A stretch of 64,000 nt of DNA from an uncultured Pelagibacteraceae bacterium (GCA_902591045.1 CACIZC010000003.1:29568-93567); one strand, 5' to 3'; numbered from the stretch's first letter, positions 24,507 to 34,937 are shown. Notes: generated by a model not told the origin, from the letters alone. Program-made: numbers and translations.

Positions 24507-25229
24507 TTATTTAATCAAATTACAGTTGTGAAAAACACTTTGAATATCATCGTCTTCTTCCAACAATTCAAGCATATTATGCACGTCATCTAAATCTTCT
24601 TTGGGAATATCTATAAGGTTATAGGCTCTCCACTCTATATTTGAATATAAAAAATCTGTAGTAACTTTCTCAATTTGATTTTTTACTTTGTAAAAATCTT
24701 CTTTATTAGTAATAATTTCGTGAAAATTATTTTTACTAGAAAAATCTTTTGCTCCAGCATTTATAGCAATATCCATTATTTTATCTTCACTAATATTTTT
24801 CTTATCAATTTGTATCACGCCACAATTATAAAAAAGATGACTTGCGGAGCCTGAACTGCCTAGATTGCCTTTAAATTTTTGCAGAATAATTCTTATGCTG
24901 CCTGCGGTTCTATTTTTGTTTTCTGTTAAAGTTTCAATTATAAGAGCCAAATTTTTTGGGCCAAATCCCTCGTATCTTAGATTTTCAAAATTTTCTGTTT
25001 TATTAATTTCAGATTTGCTTATTGCTCTGTTTATATTATCTTTGGGCATATTGGCGCCTTTGGCAGATTGAATAGCAGTTCTAAGTCTGTGATTTGCATC
25101 TGGATCTTTGGACCCAAGTTTAGCGGCAACCGTGATTTCTCTTGAAATTTTTGAAAAAATCTTTGATCTAATTTTATCTTGTTTGCCTTTTTTGTGTTTA
25201 ATCCCTGCCCAATGGGAATGCCCTGCCAT
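24507..25229 (-). CDS. yebC: YebC/PmpR family DNA-binding regulator
   Basis: Conserved N-terminus MAGHSHWAGIKHKKG. I chose the internal Met at 25229; the track's start at 25310 would overlap the upstream gene by 80 nt. Confidence 0.92.
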   Translation of the reverse strand: MAGHSHWAGIKHKKGKQDKIRSKIFSKISREITVAAKLGSKDPDANHRLRTAIQSAKGANMPKDNINRAISKSEINKTENFENLRYEGFGPKNLALIIETLTENKNRTAGSIRIILQKFKGNLGSSGSASHLFYNCGVIQIDKKNISEDKIMDIAINAGAKDFSSKNNFHEIITNKEDFYKVKNQIEKVTTDFLYSNIEWRAYNLIDIPKEDLDDVHNMLELLEEDDDIQSVFHNCNLIK

Positions 25230-25230
25230 A

Positions 25231-26040
25231 TTATATCCTCTCCTGTAAGGAACCGCCAATAATAATTGGTTGGACTTTATTAGCCAAACCTGTTTTATCA
25301 TTTGCTTCAACGATTAGTCCACAAACTGTTGCTTCACCCAATGCTGGATAATGTTTTTTTCCTAATGGATCTTTTAAAAATCTTTTTAAAGAGTTGTCCC
25401 TATTCATACCAATAACCGAATTGTAATCACCACACATTCCAAGATCTGTTTGGTAGGCAGTTCCCTTTTCCATAATTCTATGGTCTGATGTCGGTACGTG
25501 AGTGTGAGTACCAACTACCATTGTTGCTTTACCATCAAACAAATAGCCCATTGCCATTTTTTCACTAGTTATCTCTCCATGCATATCAACAATTATAAAA
25601 TCGGCATCTTTTTTGAGCTTAACATTTTGTAAAAATTTTTTTGCTGCTTGAAAAACATCCTCGCTTTTTTTCATGAAAATATTTCCCATAAGATTTATTA
25701 CAGCAACTTTTTTGTTATTTTTTGAATTAAAAATTCCAAAACCTTCACCTGGCGATGGTTTGATCAAGTTTTCTGGTCTTAATAATCTTTTTTCTTTACC
25801 TATAAACTCCATTGTACCTTGCTCGTCCCATATATGGTTGCCAGATGTAATAACATCAGTTCCAGCATTAAAAAGATCTTCCGTATTTTTTTTTGTTATG
25901 CCTACTCCGCTATCAGCAGCATTTTCCCCATTTACAATCACAAAATCTATTTTTTTTTCTTTTATAATTTCAGGTAATTTTTCTGTAACTGCCTTTATGC
26001 CTGACGGACCAAAAATGTCACCTAAAACTAGTATATTCAT
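25231..26040 (-). CDS. YmdB-like metallophosphoesterase (TIGR00282 family)
   Basis: 269 aa with ILVLGDIFG, NGENAA..GVG, SGNHIWD and DMHGE. Confidence 0.8.
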   Translation of the reverse strand: MNILVLGDIFGPSGIKAVTEKLPEIIKEKKIDFVIVNGENAADSGVGITKKNTEDLFNAGTDVITSGNHIWDEQGTMEFIGKEKRLLRPENLIKPSPGEGFGIFNSKNNKKVAVINLMGNIFMKKSEDVFQAAKKFLQNVKLKKDADFIIVDMHGEITSEKMAMGYLFDGKATMVVGTHTHVPTSDHRIMEKGTAYQTDLGMCGDYNSVIGMNRDNSLKRFLKDPLGKKHYPALGEATVCGLIVEANDKTGLANKVQPIIIGGSLQERI

Positions 26041-26594
26041 TTGTAACTTAAAATTCCTTTCTCATTTAAGATGTAGTTTAATTTAATATCAAATTTTGAA
26101 GTTGGGATTTTTTTATATTTTTGAAAAGAAAAAGCAATACCAATTGTTAAGGTTTTTTTGTTTTTTTTCAAATATTTGCTTAAAAATTTATCATAGTACC
26201 CTCCACCATAGCCTAGTCTGTTACAAAACTTGTCGTATGCCACAAGTGGAACAATTACCAAATCTGGGCGAGCAATATTGTGAATATTCAAAGGTTCAAC
26301 AAAACCGTACTGATTTACCTTTAGAGGCTCAAAAGCTCTCCATTTAACGAATCTCATGGTTCGGTTAGATAAGATAATAGGAAGTGATGTAGTAATTTTT
26401 TTTTTATTTTTAAGAGTTTCAAAAAGACTAAGCGTGTCTACCTCGTAATTAGATGGATAATAAATTGATATATTCTTTTTTTTTTCCTTATTTATCAGTT
26501 TAATAATGGGTTTAAAAAACTTTTCTTTTACGGAAAAATATTTTTTTTTTCTTTTTAAGAGAAATTTCTTTCTAAGTTTTTCTTTTAAAAGCAT
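26037..26594 (-). CDS. 5-formyltetrahydrofolate cyclo-ligase
   Basis: 185 aa with YGGGYYDKFL near the C-terminus. Lies downstream of zapA, as ygfA does in E. coli. Confidence 0.75.
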   Translation of the reverse strand: MLLKEKLRKKFLLKRKKKYFSVKEKFFKPIIKLINKEKKKNISIYYPSNYEVDTLSLFETLKNKKKITTSLPIILSNRTMRFVKWRAFEPLKVNQYGFVEPLNIHNIARPDLVIVPLVAYDKFCNRLGYGGGYYDKFLSKYLKKNKKTLTIGIAFSFQKYKKIPTSKFDIKLNYILNEKGILSYK

Positions 26595-27041
26595 TTACTG
26601 AATCTTAGAGCTATTTTCAGTATTCTCAATAATTTCTTCTAAGGATTTAGTGGTTTTATCAAGCATTGTCTCATAAATACTCTGGCTATCTTCAACCATT
26701 TTTTTAAATTTACTAAGCTCAGAATTAAGACCTGATATCTCTGTTTCTTTGCCTTCCTTATAGTTTATTGCCAGAGATTTCATTTCCTTGAACTTTTCAG
26801 ATAAATTTTCAAAATTAGCTTTTTGAGACATTACCTTTTTTTTGAGGTCAAAGTATTCATCAATTACCTGGATTGTTGTAATTAACAACAGTTTATTTTC
26901 TCCAATATTCCCAAGCTTATCTTTCAATGAAGAATATTTTTTATCTAAAAACTTTGTAAGTTGTACTAAATCTTCTTCCTGTCCATCGTCACAAGATAGT
27001 AGATAATCTTTATTGTTAAATTTAATGTTTACGTTTGCCAC
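26595..27041 (-). CDS. zapA: cell division protein ZapA (long form)
   Basis: N-terminus VNIKFNNKDYLLSCDDGQEEDL resembles the ZapA fold. Has a coiled-coil tail and zapA-ygfA synteny. Confidence 0.65.
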   Translation of the reverse strand: MANVNIKFNNKDYLLSCDDGQEEDLVQLTKFLDKKYSSLKDKLGNIGENKLLLITTIQVIDEYFDLKKKVMSQKANFENLSEKFKEMKSLAINYKEGKETEISGLNSELSKFKKMVEDSQSIYETMLDKTTKSLEEIIENTENSSKIQ

Positions 27042-27352
27042 TTTTCTATTTCCTCCACTAAAGACTCTGTTTCTTGGCCAAGCTCGTCTATGTCTTGATT
27101 GAATTGATCCTGAAATTTTCTGTGTTTTAAGTCTTCTTTTTCAATTTTTTCTAATTTCCTTTTTAAATCATCGTGTTGTGCGAGAAGATTGTTATATTTC
27201 ATTTCGATTTCATTTTTTTCGCTTTGTAATTGATTTTTTTCTCTATAAAGTCCCTCTAAATCATCCACATTGTTTTTTGGAGACTTGCTTAAATTAATTA
27301 GTCTTTCCAAAACTATTTCAAGTTTCTTTTCTTTATTATATAAAGTTTCCAT
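27029..27352 (-). CDS. small coiled-coil protein upstream of zapA (possibly ZapB/ZauP-like)
   Basis: 107 aa of heptad-rich, charged sequence. Overlaps zapA by 13 nt. Confidence 0.4.
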   Translation of the reverse strand: METLYNKEKKLEIVLERLINLSKSPKNNVDDLEGLYREKNQLQSEKNEIEMKYNNLLAQHDDLKRKLEKIEKEDLKHRKFQDQFNQDIDELGQETESLVEEIEKWQT

Positions 27353-27415
27353 CTTGTTTTTATTTATATCATATTATTGAAATCATGAATTGAAGTCTAT
27401 ATAGGTAATTTATCA

Positions 27416-29404
27416 GTGGATCCAAAATTAAAAGATTTATCAAACGCTATAAGGTTTTTATCGATTGATGCTGTGCAAAAAGCTAACTCTGGACATCCGG
27501 GGATGCCTATGGGTATGGCAGATGTTGCTACCGTTCTATTTAAATACTACCTGCGGTTTAATCCAAAAAATCCTAGCTGGATTAATAGAGACAGATTTAT
27601 TTTATCTGCGGGACATGGGTCAATGCTTTTGTATTCACTTCTTTATCTTACAGGCTATAAAAAAATTAAATTAAACGACATAAAAAATTTTAGACAATTA
27701 GATTCAATTTGTGCAGGTCATCCTGAATATGAAAAAAATTCTGGAATCGAAACAACTACTGGACCCTTAGGTCAAGGTTTAGGTAATTCGGTTGGAATGG
27801 CAATTGCTCAGGAAATATTTCAAAAAAAATTCGGCTCTAATATAATTAATAATAAAACTTATGTAATTGCTAGCGATGGTGATTTAATGGAGGGAATTAG
27901 CCATGAAACCATGAGTTTAGCTGGTCATCTAAATTTAAAAAATTTAATTGTTTTTTTTGATAATAATAAAATTTCAATAGATGGATCAACATCTTTAAGC
28001 GTTTCTGACAATTATAAAAAAAGATTTGAAGGTTATGGATGGTCCTTTCAAGAGATTAATGGTCATAATTTTAAACAAATTTCCAATGCAATTAAAAAAG
28101 CTACTAGATCAAAAAAACCATCAATAATTTCTTGTAAAACTATTATAGGATACGGCTCCCCAAATAAATCTGGAAAAGCATCGTCTCATGGTGCTCCTTT
28201 AGGAGATGATGAAATAAAATTGGTAAGAAAAAAACTTGGATGGAAACATGACCCTTTTGAAATTCCTGAAAATATAATGAATTCTTGGAGAGAAATAGGT
28301 GAAAAAGGAGAGGAACTTGAAAAAAAATGGAATGATATTTTGAATAAAAAAGATAACAAAATTAAAGAGGAATTTGAAAGATTGGACAAAGGAGAGCTTC
28401 CTATAAGTCTGGATAAAATATTGGGAGATGAAAAATTAAAGTTTTTTCAAGCAAAACCAAAAATGGCAACGAGACAATGCTCTTCTTCTGTTATAAGCGC
28501 CATATCAAATATTTTACCAGAATTAATTGGTGGATCTGCAGATCTTAGCGGATCAAATAATACCAAAACTGAAAATTCAAAGGTTATTAATTCAAAAAAT
28601 TTTTCAGGAAATTATATCCATTATGGTGTTAGAGAGCATGCTATGGGAGCAGCTATGAATGGAATAGCTTTATACGGCGGACTAATTCCATTTGGTGGAA
28701 CTTTTCTTATTTTTTCTGATTATCTAAAACCTTCATTGAGACTATCAGCTCTTATGAAGTTAAGAGTTATTTATATTTTTTCTCATGACTCTATTGGTTT
28801 GGGAGAAGATGGTCCAACCCATCAACCTATAGAACATTTAGAAAGTCTAAGAGCAATACCAAATTTGAATGTTTTTAGACCTGCTGACATTAATGAAACT
28901 CTTGAATGCTGGCAGATTGCTTTAAAAAGTAAAAACAATCCAAGTGCAATAGCTTTATCTAGACAAAAACTTCCTTATGTAAGTGAACACAAATCTGGAG
29001 AAAATAGATGTTCTAAAGGTGGATATATTTTAAAAAATTCTGCTGGTAGTTATCGGGATCATGATCCCGTACTAATCGCTTCAGGATCTGAGGTGGAAAT
29101 TGCTTTAGAAGCACAGGAAAAACTCAAAGTTAAAAATATAGATACTAGAGTTGTCTCTGTTCCTTGTCTTGATATTTTTAAAAATCAACCTCAATCTTAT
29201 CAAGACGAAGTTCTTGGATCTAGTACAATAAAAATTTCAATTGAAGCGTCTAGCCAATCTGGCTGGAAAAGTACTGTTGGACATAATGGAACGACTCTGG
29301 GGCTTACGACATTTGGAAAAAGTGCTCCTTATAAAGACATTTACAAACTTTTTAATTTAACAAGTGATGAGATTGTTAAAATAGTTGAAAGAGGCGGAAA
29401 GTAA
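27416..29404 (+). CDS. tkt: transketolase
   Basis: 662 aa with a GTG start, SGHPGMPMGMA, the TPP motif SDGDLMEGISHE and DGPTHQPIEHL. Confidence 0.96.
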   Translation: MDPKLKDLSNAIRFLSIDAVQKANSGHPGMPMGMADVATVLFKYYLRFNPKNPSWINRDRFILSAGHGSMLLYSLLYLTGYKKIKLNDIKNFRQLDSICAGHPEYEKNSGIETTTGPLGQGLGNSVGMAIAQEIFQKKFGSNIINNKTYVIASDGDLMEGISHETMSLAGHLNLKNLIVFFDNNKISIDGSTSLSVSDNYKKRFEGYGWSFQEINGHNFKQISNAIKKATRSKKPSIISCKTIIGYGSPNKSGKASSHGAPLGDDEIKLVRKKLGWKHDPFEIPENIMNSWREIGEKGEELEKKWNDILNKKDNKIKEEFERLDKGELPISLDKILGDEKLKFFQAKPKMATRQCSSSVISAISNILPELIGGSADLSGSNNTKTENSKVINSKNFSGNYIHYGVREHAMGAAMNGIALYGGLIPFGGTFLIFSDYLKPSLRLSALMKLRVIYIFSHDSIGLGEDGPTHQPIEHLESLRAIPNLNVFRPADINETLECWQIALKSKNNPSAIALSRQKLPYVSEHKSGENRCSKGGYILKNSAGSYRDHDPVLIASGSEVEIALEAQEKLKVKNIDTRVVSVPCLDIFKNQPQSYQDEVLGSSTIKISIEASSQSGWKSTVGHNGTTLGLTTFGKSAPYKDIYKLFNLTSDEIVKIVERGGK

Positions 29405-30601
29405 TTGGAGTCTGGTTTAAAAATTTTTTCTAACGATATTCCTGTCAATGGTAAGCGTGTTATTGTCAGGCTGGATCTTAACGTACCAATTAATAATTCA
29501 AAAATAGAGGATAGTACTAGAATTAAAATTATTGAACCTTTTATAAATAAATTAATAGAAAATAAAGCTAAAATTATTTTGCTAACACATCTTGGAAGAC
29601 CAAAAGGAAGAGTGGTTTCGGAACTATCTCTGAAGCCAATATTTAATTACTTAGAAAAAAAAATGAATGTAAAAATGTATTTTTATCAAGAAAAAATTGA
29701 TTCTAAAGCAATAGAAACTTCTAAGAAACTAAAACCTGGTGAAATTTTGCTTATTGAAAATATTCGTTTTTTTAAAGAAGAGGAAAGCGATGAAGAAACT
29801 TTTGCAAAAAATCTTTCAAAGCTCGGTGATATTTATATAAACGAAGCTTTTTCTTGTTCACACAGAAAACAAGCGTCGATACACAAAATAACTAAATTTA
29901 TAGATAGTTATGGAGGTCCTATTTTAGAAAAAGAGATTCGATCAATTAATTTAATAATAAAAAATAAAAAAAAACCAGTAACTTGCATAATTGGGGGCTC
30001 GAAGGTATCGACTAAAATAAATATTTTATCAAGTCTATTAGAAAACGCAGACAATCTTATAATTGTAGGAGCTATGGCAAATAACTTTCTTAAATTTAAA
30101 GGTGTAAATGTCGGTGCATCTCTTATTGAAAAAGGATCAGAAAATACAGTAAAAAATATAAATACATTAGCTGAAAAAAATAAATGTAACCTTATCATTC
30201 CTATAGACTGCAACACTTCTTCTAATGTTGATGGGGATCCAGTCTATAAATCTTTAAAGGATATGGGTTCGAAAGATATGATTTTAGACATTGGTAAAAA
30301 TACGATGGATTTAATAAATAAAACTATAGACAGCTCCAATACTGTATTTTGGAATGGACCAGCTGGATATTATGAGAATAAAAATTTTTCAACTGGATCT
30401 CTATCCATAGCAAAAAAAATTGCTGAAAACACAAAATCAAAGTCCTTAATATCAATTGTCGGTGGTGGAGATACTGTTGCTGCAATTAAAAATACTGGAT
30501 TAGAAAACGTTTTTACACATTTATCAACAGCTGGTGGTGCATTCTTAGAATCTCTTGAAGGTAAGGAGCTGCCTGGTATAAAAGTATTAAAAAAGAATTA
30601 G
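29405..30601 (+). CDS. pgk: phosphoglycerate kinase
   Basis: 398 aa with a TTG start, RLDLNVP, and GGGDT...STAGGAFLE. Confidence 0.93.
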   Translation: MESGLKIFSNDIPVNGKRVIVRLDLNVPINNSKIEDSTRIKIIEPFINKLIENKAKIILLTHLGRPKGRVVSELSLKPIFNYLEKKMNVKMYFYQEKIDSKAIETSKKLKPGEILLIENIRFFKEEESDEETFAKNLSKLGDIYINEAFSCSHRKQASIHKITKFIDSYGGPILEKEIRSINLIIKNKKKPVTCIIGGSKVSTKINILSSLLENADNLIIVGAMANNFLKFKGVNVGASLIEKGSENTVKNINTLAEKNKCNLIIPIDCNTSSNVDGDPVYKSLKDMGSKDMILDIGKNTMDLINKTIDSSNTVFWNGPAGYYENKNFSTGSLSIAKKIAENTKSKSLISIVGGGDTVAAIKNTGLENVFTHLSTAGGAFLESLEGKELPGIKVLKKN

Positions 30602-30606
30602 GATTT

Positions 30607-31623
30607 ATGAGTATAGAAGAAATAGCAAAACAAATGGTGGTTAAAGGTAAGGGAATACTTGCTGCCGATGAAAGTACTGGCACAATGGAAAAAAGATTAA
30701 AAAGTGTCAATGTTGAATGTACTGAAAAAAACAGACTTCATTTTAGAGAAACTTTGTTTTCATCCGGTTCAATGAAAACCTGCATAAGTGGCGTGATATT
30801 GTTTGATGAAACTCTAAGACAAACTTCAAGTAGCGGGATATCTATTCCAGAATTAATAAAAAAAAGTGGGTCCATTCCTGGAATTAAAGTTGACAAAGGA
30901 GCGAAACTTTTAGCTGGATCAGACAAAGAAAAAGTCACAGAAGGTTTGGATGGTTTAAGAGAAAGAATGGAAGAGTACTACAAGTTGGGGGCAAAATTTG
31001 CTAAATGGCGTGCTGTCTATTCAATTGGTTCTAAACACCCAAGTGAACAATGTATAAAATCTAATGCACACGCTTTAGCAAGATATGCTGCATTAGTACA
31101 AGAAGCAAAAATGGTTCCAATAGTAGAACCTGAAGTTTTAATGGATGGAGACCATACGATTGATAAATGCTATGACGTTACCAGTAGAGTTTTAGAAGAA
31201 TGTTATAAAGAGCTTGCAATTCACAATGTTAATCTTAGAGGTACTGTTCTTAAGCCAAACATGGTACTTCCAGGTGCAAATTGCAAACAAAAAGCTACCG
31301 CAGAAGAGATAGCTAAGAAAACATTAGAATGTCTTAAAAAAAATATGCCAAAGGAAGTTCCTGGAGTTGCTTTTCTCTCTGGCGGTCAAAGTGAAGTAGA
31401 AGCAACAAAAAACTTGAATGCTATTAATAAAATTAACGATACTTCTTTTCATTTTACATTCTCTTACGGTAGAGCTTTACAGCAGTCAGCTTTGAAAACT
31501 TGGGCAAAATCAATGCAAGATACGAATAAGATCCAAAAAGTTTTTGATCATAGAGCTAAAATGAATGGCGCCTCTACAGAAGCTAAATGGAATGAAAAGC
31601 TTGAGCAAAGTTTTGCAGCTTAA
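30607..31623 (+). CDS. fba: fructose-bisphosphate aldolase, class I
   Basis: 338 aa with GILAADES, VLKPNMV (Schiff-base Lys region) and LSGGQS. Confidence 0.9.
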   Translation: MSIEEIAKQMVVKGKGILAADESTGTMEKRLKSVNVECTEKNRLHFRETLFSSGSMKTCISGVILFDETLRQTSSSGISIPELIKKSGSIPGIKVDKGAKLLAGSDKEKVTEGLDGLRERMEEYYKLGAKFAKWRAVYSIGSKHPSEQCIKSNAHALARYAALVQEAKMVPIVEPEVLMDGDHTIDKCYDVTSRVLEECYKELAIHNVNLRGTVLKPNMVLPGANCKQKATAEEIAKKTLECLKKNMPKEVPGVAFLSGGQSEVEATKNLNAINKINDTSFHFTFSYGRALQQSALKTWAKSMQDTNKIQKVFDHRAKMNGASTEAKWNEKLEQSFAA

Positions 31624-31625
31624 AA

Positions 31626-32231
31626 TTGAGAAGATTTTTATATCTAATATCGCCTAACACAATTAAACAAAACTTCTATCAAGATTTAGAAGAAGTTCTT
31701 TCTTCAAGAAAAGTAGAATACTTTCAATTAAGACTAAAAAGATATTCAAATTCAAAACTACTTAAAATTGCAAGAAAAGTTAAAGCTATTACAAAAAAAT
31801 ATAAGGTTAAGCTGATAATTAATGATTCTGCTATATTGGCAAAAAAAATTAATGCAGACGGATGTCATCTAGGTCAATCTGATGGATCGATAAAAAATGC
31901 AAGAAATTTATTAAAGAAAAATAAAATCATTGGGATAACATGCCATGGTTCAAAAAAATTAATTTTAAATGCTATAAAAGAAAAGCCTAATTATATAGCC
32001 CTGGGATCATTTTTTAAATCCAATTTAAAACCTCGAGCAAAAAAAGCTCAAAAAAATTTAGTAAAGTGGTCTAAACAAAGAACCAGTTTGCCTATTGTTG
32101 CTATTGGTGGAATTAATAATAGAAACTACAAAAGTTTAATGAAATTTGGAGTAAATTATCTTGCAATATCAAGTTATATTTGGAATAACCCACGCTTAAA
32201 ACCAAAAAAAGCTATTGGAAAATTTAATTAA
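31626..32231 (+). CDS. thiE: thiamine-phosphate synthase
   Basis: 201 aa with a TTG start, a TIM-barrel ThiE-like sequence (DGCHLGQSD; VAIGGI). Confidence 0.75.
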   Translation: MRRFLYLISPNTIKQNFYQDLEEVLSSRKVEYFQLRLKRYSNSKLLKIARKVKAITKKYKVKLIINDSAILAKKINADGCHLGQSDGSIKNARNLLKKNKIIGITCHGSKKLILNAIKEKPNYIALGSFFKSNLKPRAKKAQKNLVKWSKQRTSLPIVAIGGINNRNYKSLMKFGVNYLAISSYIWNNPRLKPKKAIGKFN

Positions 32232-32232
32232 A

Positions 32233-32796
32233 ATGAAAATACAAGGAAATGAAATCAAACCTGGAATGATCATTGAACTTAATAATGATCACTGGACGGT
32301 TCTTAAAGCACAACATGTTAAACCTGGTAAAGGTGGTGCTTTTAATCAGGTGGAACTAAAAAGTCTTACAAAAGGAACAAAACTTAATCAAAGATTTAGG
32401 TCTAGTGAAAATGTTGAACGAGCCCAACTTGAAGAAAAGGAGTTTAATTTTTTATATTCTGATGATAGTGGATGTTTTTTCATGGAGCCTGAAAGCTTTG
32501 AACAAATTTCTCTTAAAAAAGAATTATTGGGAGAAAAGCTAAATCTTTTAAGTGAAAACCTGAAGGTAACAATATCTTTTCTCGATGAAAAACCTCTTAC
32601 TATTGAACTACCTAATAATATTGAATGCACAATTGAAACTACAGAAGGTATTGTTAAAGGACAAACTGCGGCCTCGTCATACAAGCCTGCTAAACTAAAT
32701 AATGGAATAGATTTAATGGTTCCTCCTTTTATAGAAGAAGGAGATAAAATTATTTTAGATAGCAGAACTTTAGAATACGTTAAAAAAATAAACTAA
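32233..32796 (+). CDS. efp: elongation factor P
   Basis: The conserved EF-P N-terminus starts at ATG 32233 (MKIQGNEIKPG...). Has the KPGKG loop. The track's start at 32215 overlaps thiE. Confidence 0.93.
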   Translation: MKIQGNEIKPGMIIELNNDHWTVLKAQHVKPGKGGAFNQVELKSLTKGTKLNQRFRSSENVERAQLEEKEFNFLYSDDSGCFFMEPESFEQISLKKELLGEKLNLLSENLKVTISFLDEKPLTIELPNNIECTIETTEGIVKGQTAASSYKPAKLNNGIDLMVPPFIEEGDKIILDSRTLEYVKKIN

Positions 32797-33575
32797 TGAA
32801 AATAAATTCGCCACAACTGAATGTAATGAACAGAGCGTGCATGAAGGCCTCCAAAGTTCTAATCAGAGACTTTGGAGAAATTGAAAAACTACAAATTTCA
32901 GAAAAAGGTCCTGGAGATTTTGTTACAGCTTCAGATAAAAAAGTAGAAAAAATCATAATTCAAGAATTATCAAAATCAGAATATTCAATTCTTAGTGAAG
33001 AAGCTGGTGTAATCGAGGGTAAAAATAAGGAAAAAAGATGGATCATTGATCCGATAGATGGAACCTTTAATTTTTTAAATGGCTTGCCTCATTTTGCGAT
33101 ATCAATTGGATATGAGGAAAATGGAGAAATAATTTCAGGAATTATATTTGATCCTATAAAGAATGAAATGTTCTTTGCTAATAAGGGTGAAGGTGCCTAT
33201 CTTAACAATACAAGAATTAGGGTTTCAAAAAAATCTGATTTTAAAAATACTTGTTTAGTTACAGGGGGACCTAATTATTTCGATAAAAAAAAAGATTTTG
33301 TATTTAAAGAATATCAAAAAATTTCTGAAGAGGTAATATCACCAATTAAAAAATCAGGAAGTGCGGCATTAGATCTAGCATACGTTGCTGCAGGTAGATT
33401 TGACGGTTACTGGCAAAGAGGATTAAATTATTGGGATGTTGCTGCAGGAATTATTTTGGTTAAGGAGTCAGGTGGATTTATAAAAAATCTTAGAGGAGAC
33501 ACTTTCATTGATGATAAATTAGATATTGTAGCCACAAATTCAAGAATTTACGAAAAATTAAGTAATTTACTATAA
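32796..33575 (+). CDS. suhB: inositol monophosphatase family protein
   Basis: 259 aa with WIIDPIDGT and WDVAAG. Confidence 0.88.
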   Translation: MKINSPQLNVMNRACMKASKVLIRDFGEIEKLQISEKGPGDFVTASDKKVEKIIIQELSKSEYSILSEEAGVIEGKNKEKRWIIDPIDGTFNFLNGLPHFAISIGYEENGEIISGIIFDPIKNEMFFANKGEGAYLNNTRIRVSKKSDFKNTCLVTGGPNYFDKKKDFVFKEYQKISEEVISPIKKSGSAALDLAYVAAGRFDGYWQRGLNYWDVAAGIILVKESGGFIKNLRGDTFIDDKLDIVATNSRIYEKLSNLL

Positions 33576-33618
33576 AAATTTATTGAGCAATTAAAGATAT
33601 TCCTATAAAAGTCTTCAG

Positions 33619-33846
33619 ATGAAAAAAAAAATTCACCCAAATTACCACAAAATCAAGGTAGTTATGACAGATGGTTCAAATTTTGAAACTATGTCAACTT
33701 GGGGTAAGGAAGGTGATACTTTAAAACTTGATATTGATCCAAAATCTCACTCTGCTTGGACCGGTGGTGCTCAGAAAGTTTTGGATAAAGGAAGAGTAAG
33801 CAAATATAACAAAAAATTTAGTAACCTGAGAAAACAAAAAAATTAA
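33619..33846 (+). CDS. rpmE: 50S ribosomal protein L31
   Basis: 75 aa with [10 protein letters not shown]...SHSAWTGG. Confidence 0.9.
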   Translation: MKKKIHPNYHKIKVVMTDGSNFETMSTWGKEGDTLKLDIDPKSHSAWTGGAQKVLDKGRVSKYNKKFSNLRKQKN

Positions 33847-33850
33847 AATT

Positions 33851-34462
33851 ATGTCAAACGCACCCTTTATGCCAAAAGCAACGGCTGTTTGGCTTGTAGA
33901 AAACACTACGTTAAGTTTTAAACAAATTGCAAATTTTTGTAATCTACATGAATTAGAGGTCAAAGGTATTGCTGATGGCGATGTTGCAAAAGGAATTAAA
34001 GCTTATAATCCTATTTTAGCAGGTCAATTAACTAGAGAAGAAATTGATGTATGCTCAAAAGATCATAATAAAATACTAAAATTAACCAAAAAAAATGAAG
34101 AAGTTGTAGTATCTAAGGAAAGAAAAAAAGTTAAGTATACTCCTTTATCTAAAAGAAAAGATAGACCTGACTCAATACTATGGTTAATAAAAAATTTTTC
34201 TAAACTTTCTGATGGGCAAATAGCAAAATTAGTGGGGAGCACTAAAGGAACCGTTGCTCTTATAAGAAATAGAAGTTTTTGGAACTTTTCTAATTTAGTT
34301 GCTAAAGATCCTGTTATACTGGGTCTTTGTAGTCAACTACAATTTGAAAAGGCAGTGGAAAAAGCTGACAGAAGAATTAAAAGAGAGAAAAAATTAAAAG
34401 AAAAGGAACAGAAGTTAAAGGAAAAAGAAGAAACAACAGAGAAAACAGATGAAGTCAATTAA
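33851..34462 (+). CDS. DUF1013-family protein (alphaproteobacterial conserved protein)
   Basis: N-terminus MPKATAVWLVENTTLSFKQIANFC matches remembered DUF1013 sequences. Has a Lys/Glu-rich tail. Confidence 0.65.
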   Translation: MSNAPFMPKATAVWLVENTTLSFKQIANFCNLHELEVKGIADGDVAKGIKAYNPILAGQLTREEIDVCSKDHNKILKLTKKNEEVVVSKERKKVKYTPLSKRKDRPDSILWLIKNFSKLSDGQIAKLVGSTKGTVALIRNRSFWNFSNLVAKDPVILGLCSQLQFEKAVEKADRRIKREKKLKEKEQKLKEKEETTEKTDEVN

Positions 34463-34937
34463 AGAACCCACTGTAGGTATAATAATGGGTAGTAAATCCG
34501 ACTGGGAAGTAATGAAAAATACTTGTGATACCTTTAAAATTTTTAAGATAAAGTTTGACGTAAGAGTAATATCTGCACACAGAACACCTAAAAGATTAGA
34601 AAAATTTATTTCTGAGGCTGAAAAAAAAAATTACGAAGTAATTATTGCAGCTGCTGGTGGAGCAGCACATTTAGCAGGTGTAACAGCTGCTTTAACAACT
34701 ATACCTGTTCTAGGTGTACCAATGCCTAGTGTAACAGATGGTATAGACAGCCTTCTATCGACTGTACAAATGCCAGCCGGTGTTCCAGTAGCAACTTTGG
34801 CCATTGGGAAGGCAGGAGCCAAAAATTCAGCACTATTTGCTGTTGCCATTTTAAGTCTTAAATATCCAAAAATTAGACAAAAACTAAAAAAATATAGATC
34901 CGAATTCGAAAGCAAAATTCCAAAAAGACCTTATTAA
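34449..34937 (+). CDS. purE: 5-(carboxyamino)imidazole ribonucleotide mutase
   Basis: 162 aa with IMGSKSDW and AGGAAHLAG. Confidence 0.93.
   Translation: MKSIKEPTVGIIMGSKSDWEVMKNTCDTFKIFKIKFDVRVISAHRTPKRLEKFISEAEKKNYEVIIAAAGGAAHLAGVTAALTTIPVLGVPMPSVTDGIDSLLSTVQMPAGVPVATLAIGKAGAKNSALFAVAILSLKYPKIRQKLKKYRSEFESKIPKRPY

Noticed and set aside
24507-25310. Long N-terminal versions of several track ORFs: yebC 25310, efp 32215, cpoB 20037, csp 35217, protease 36621.
   Set aside because: Internal starts match conserved protein N-termini. They also remove overlaps with upstream genes, the terminator or repeats.
26560-26640. Expected 6S RNA (ssrS) between zapA and the 5-formyl-THF cyclo-ligase gene, as in E. 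coli zapA-ssrS-ygfA.
   Set aside because: The zapA stop and the cyclo-ligase start are directly adjacent (26595/26594), so there is no intergenic DNA. A 148-codon stop-free frame in AT-rich DNA is unlikely to be a chance read-through of an RNA gene. If a 6S RNA exists, it must lie elsewhere.
27353-27415. Strand switch (16 kb of minus-strand genes meeting 8 kb of plus-strand genes) as a possible replication origin.
   Set aside because: The divergent intergenic region is only 63 nt, with no DnaA-box clusters or dnaA/dnaN nearby. Strand orientation switches again at 35.6 kb. It is simply a divergent promoter region.
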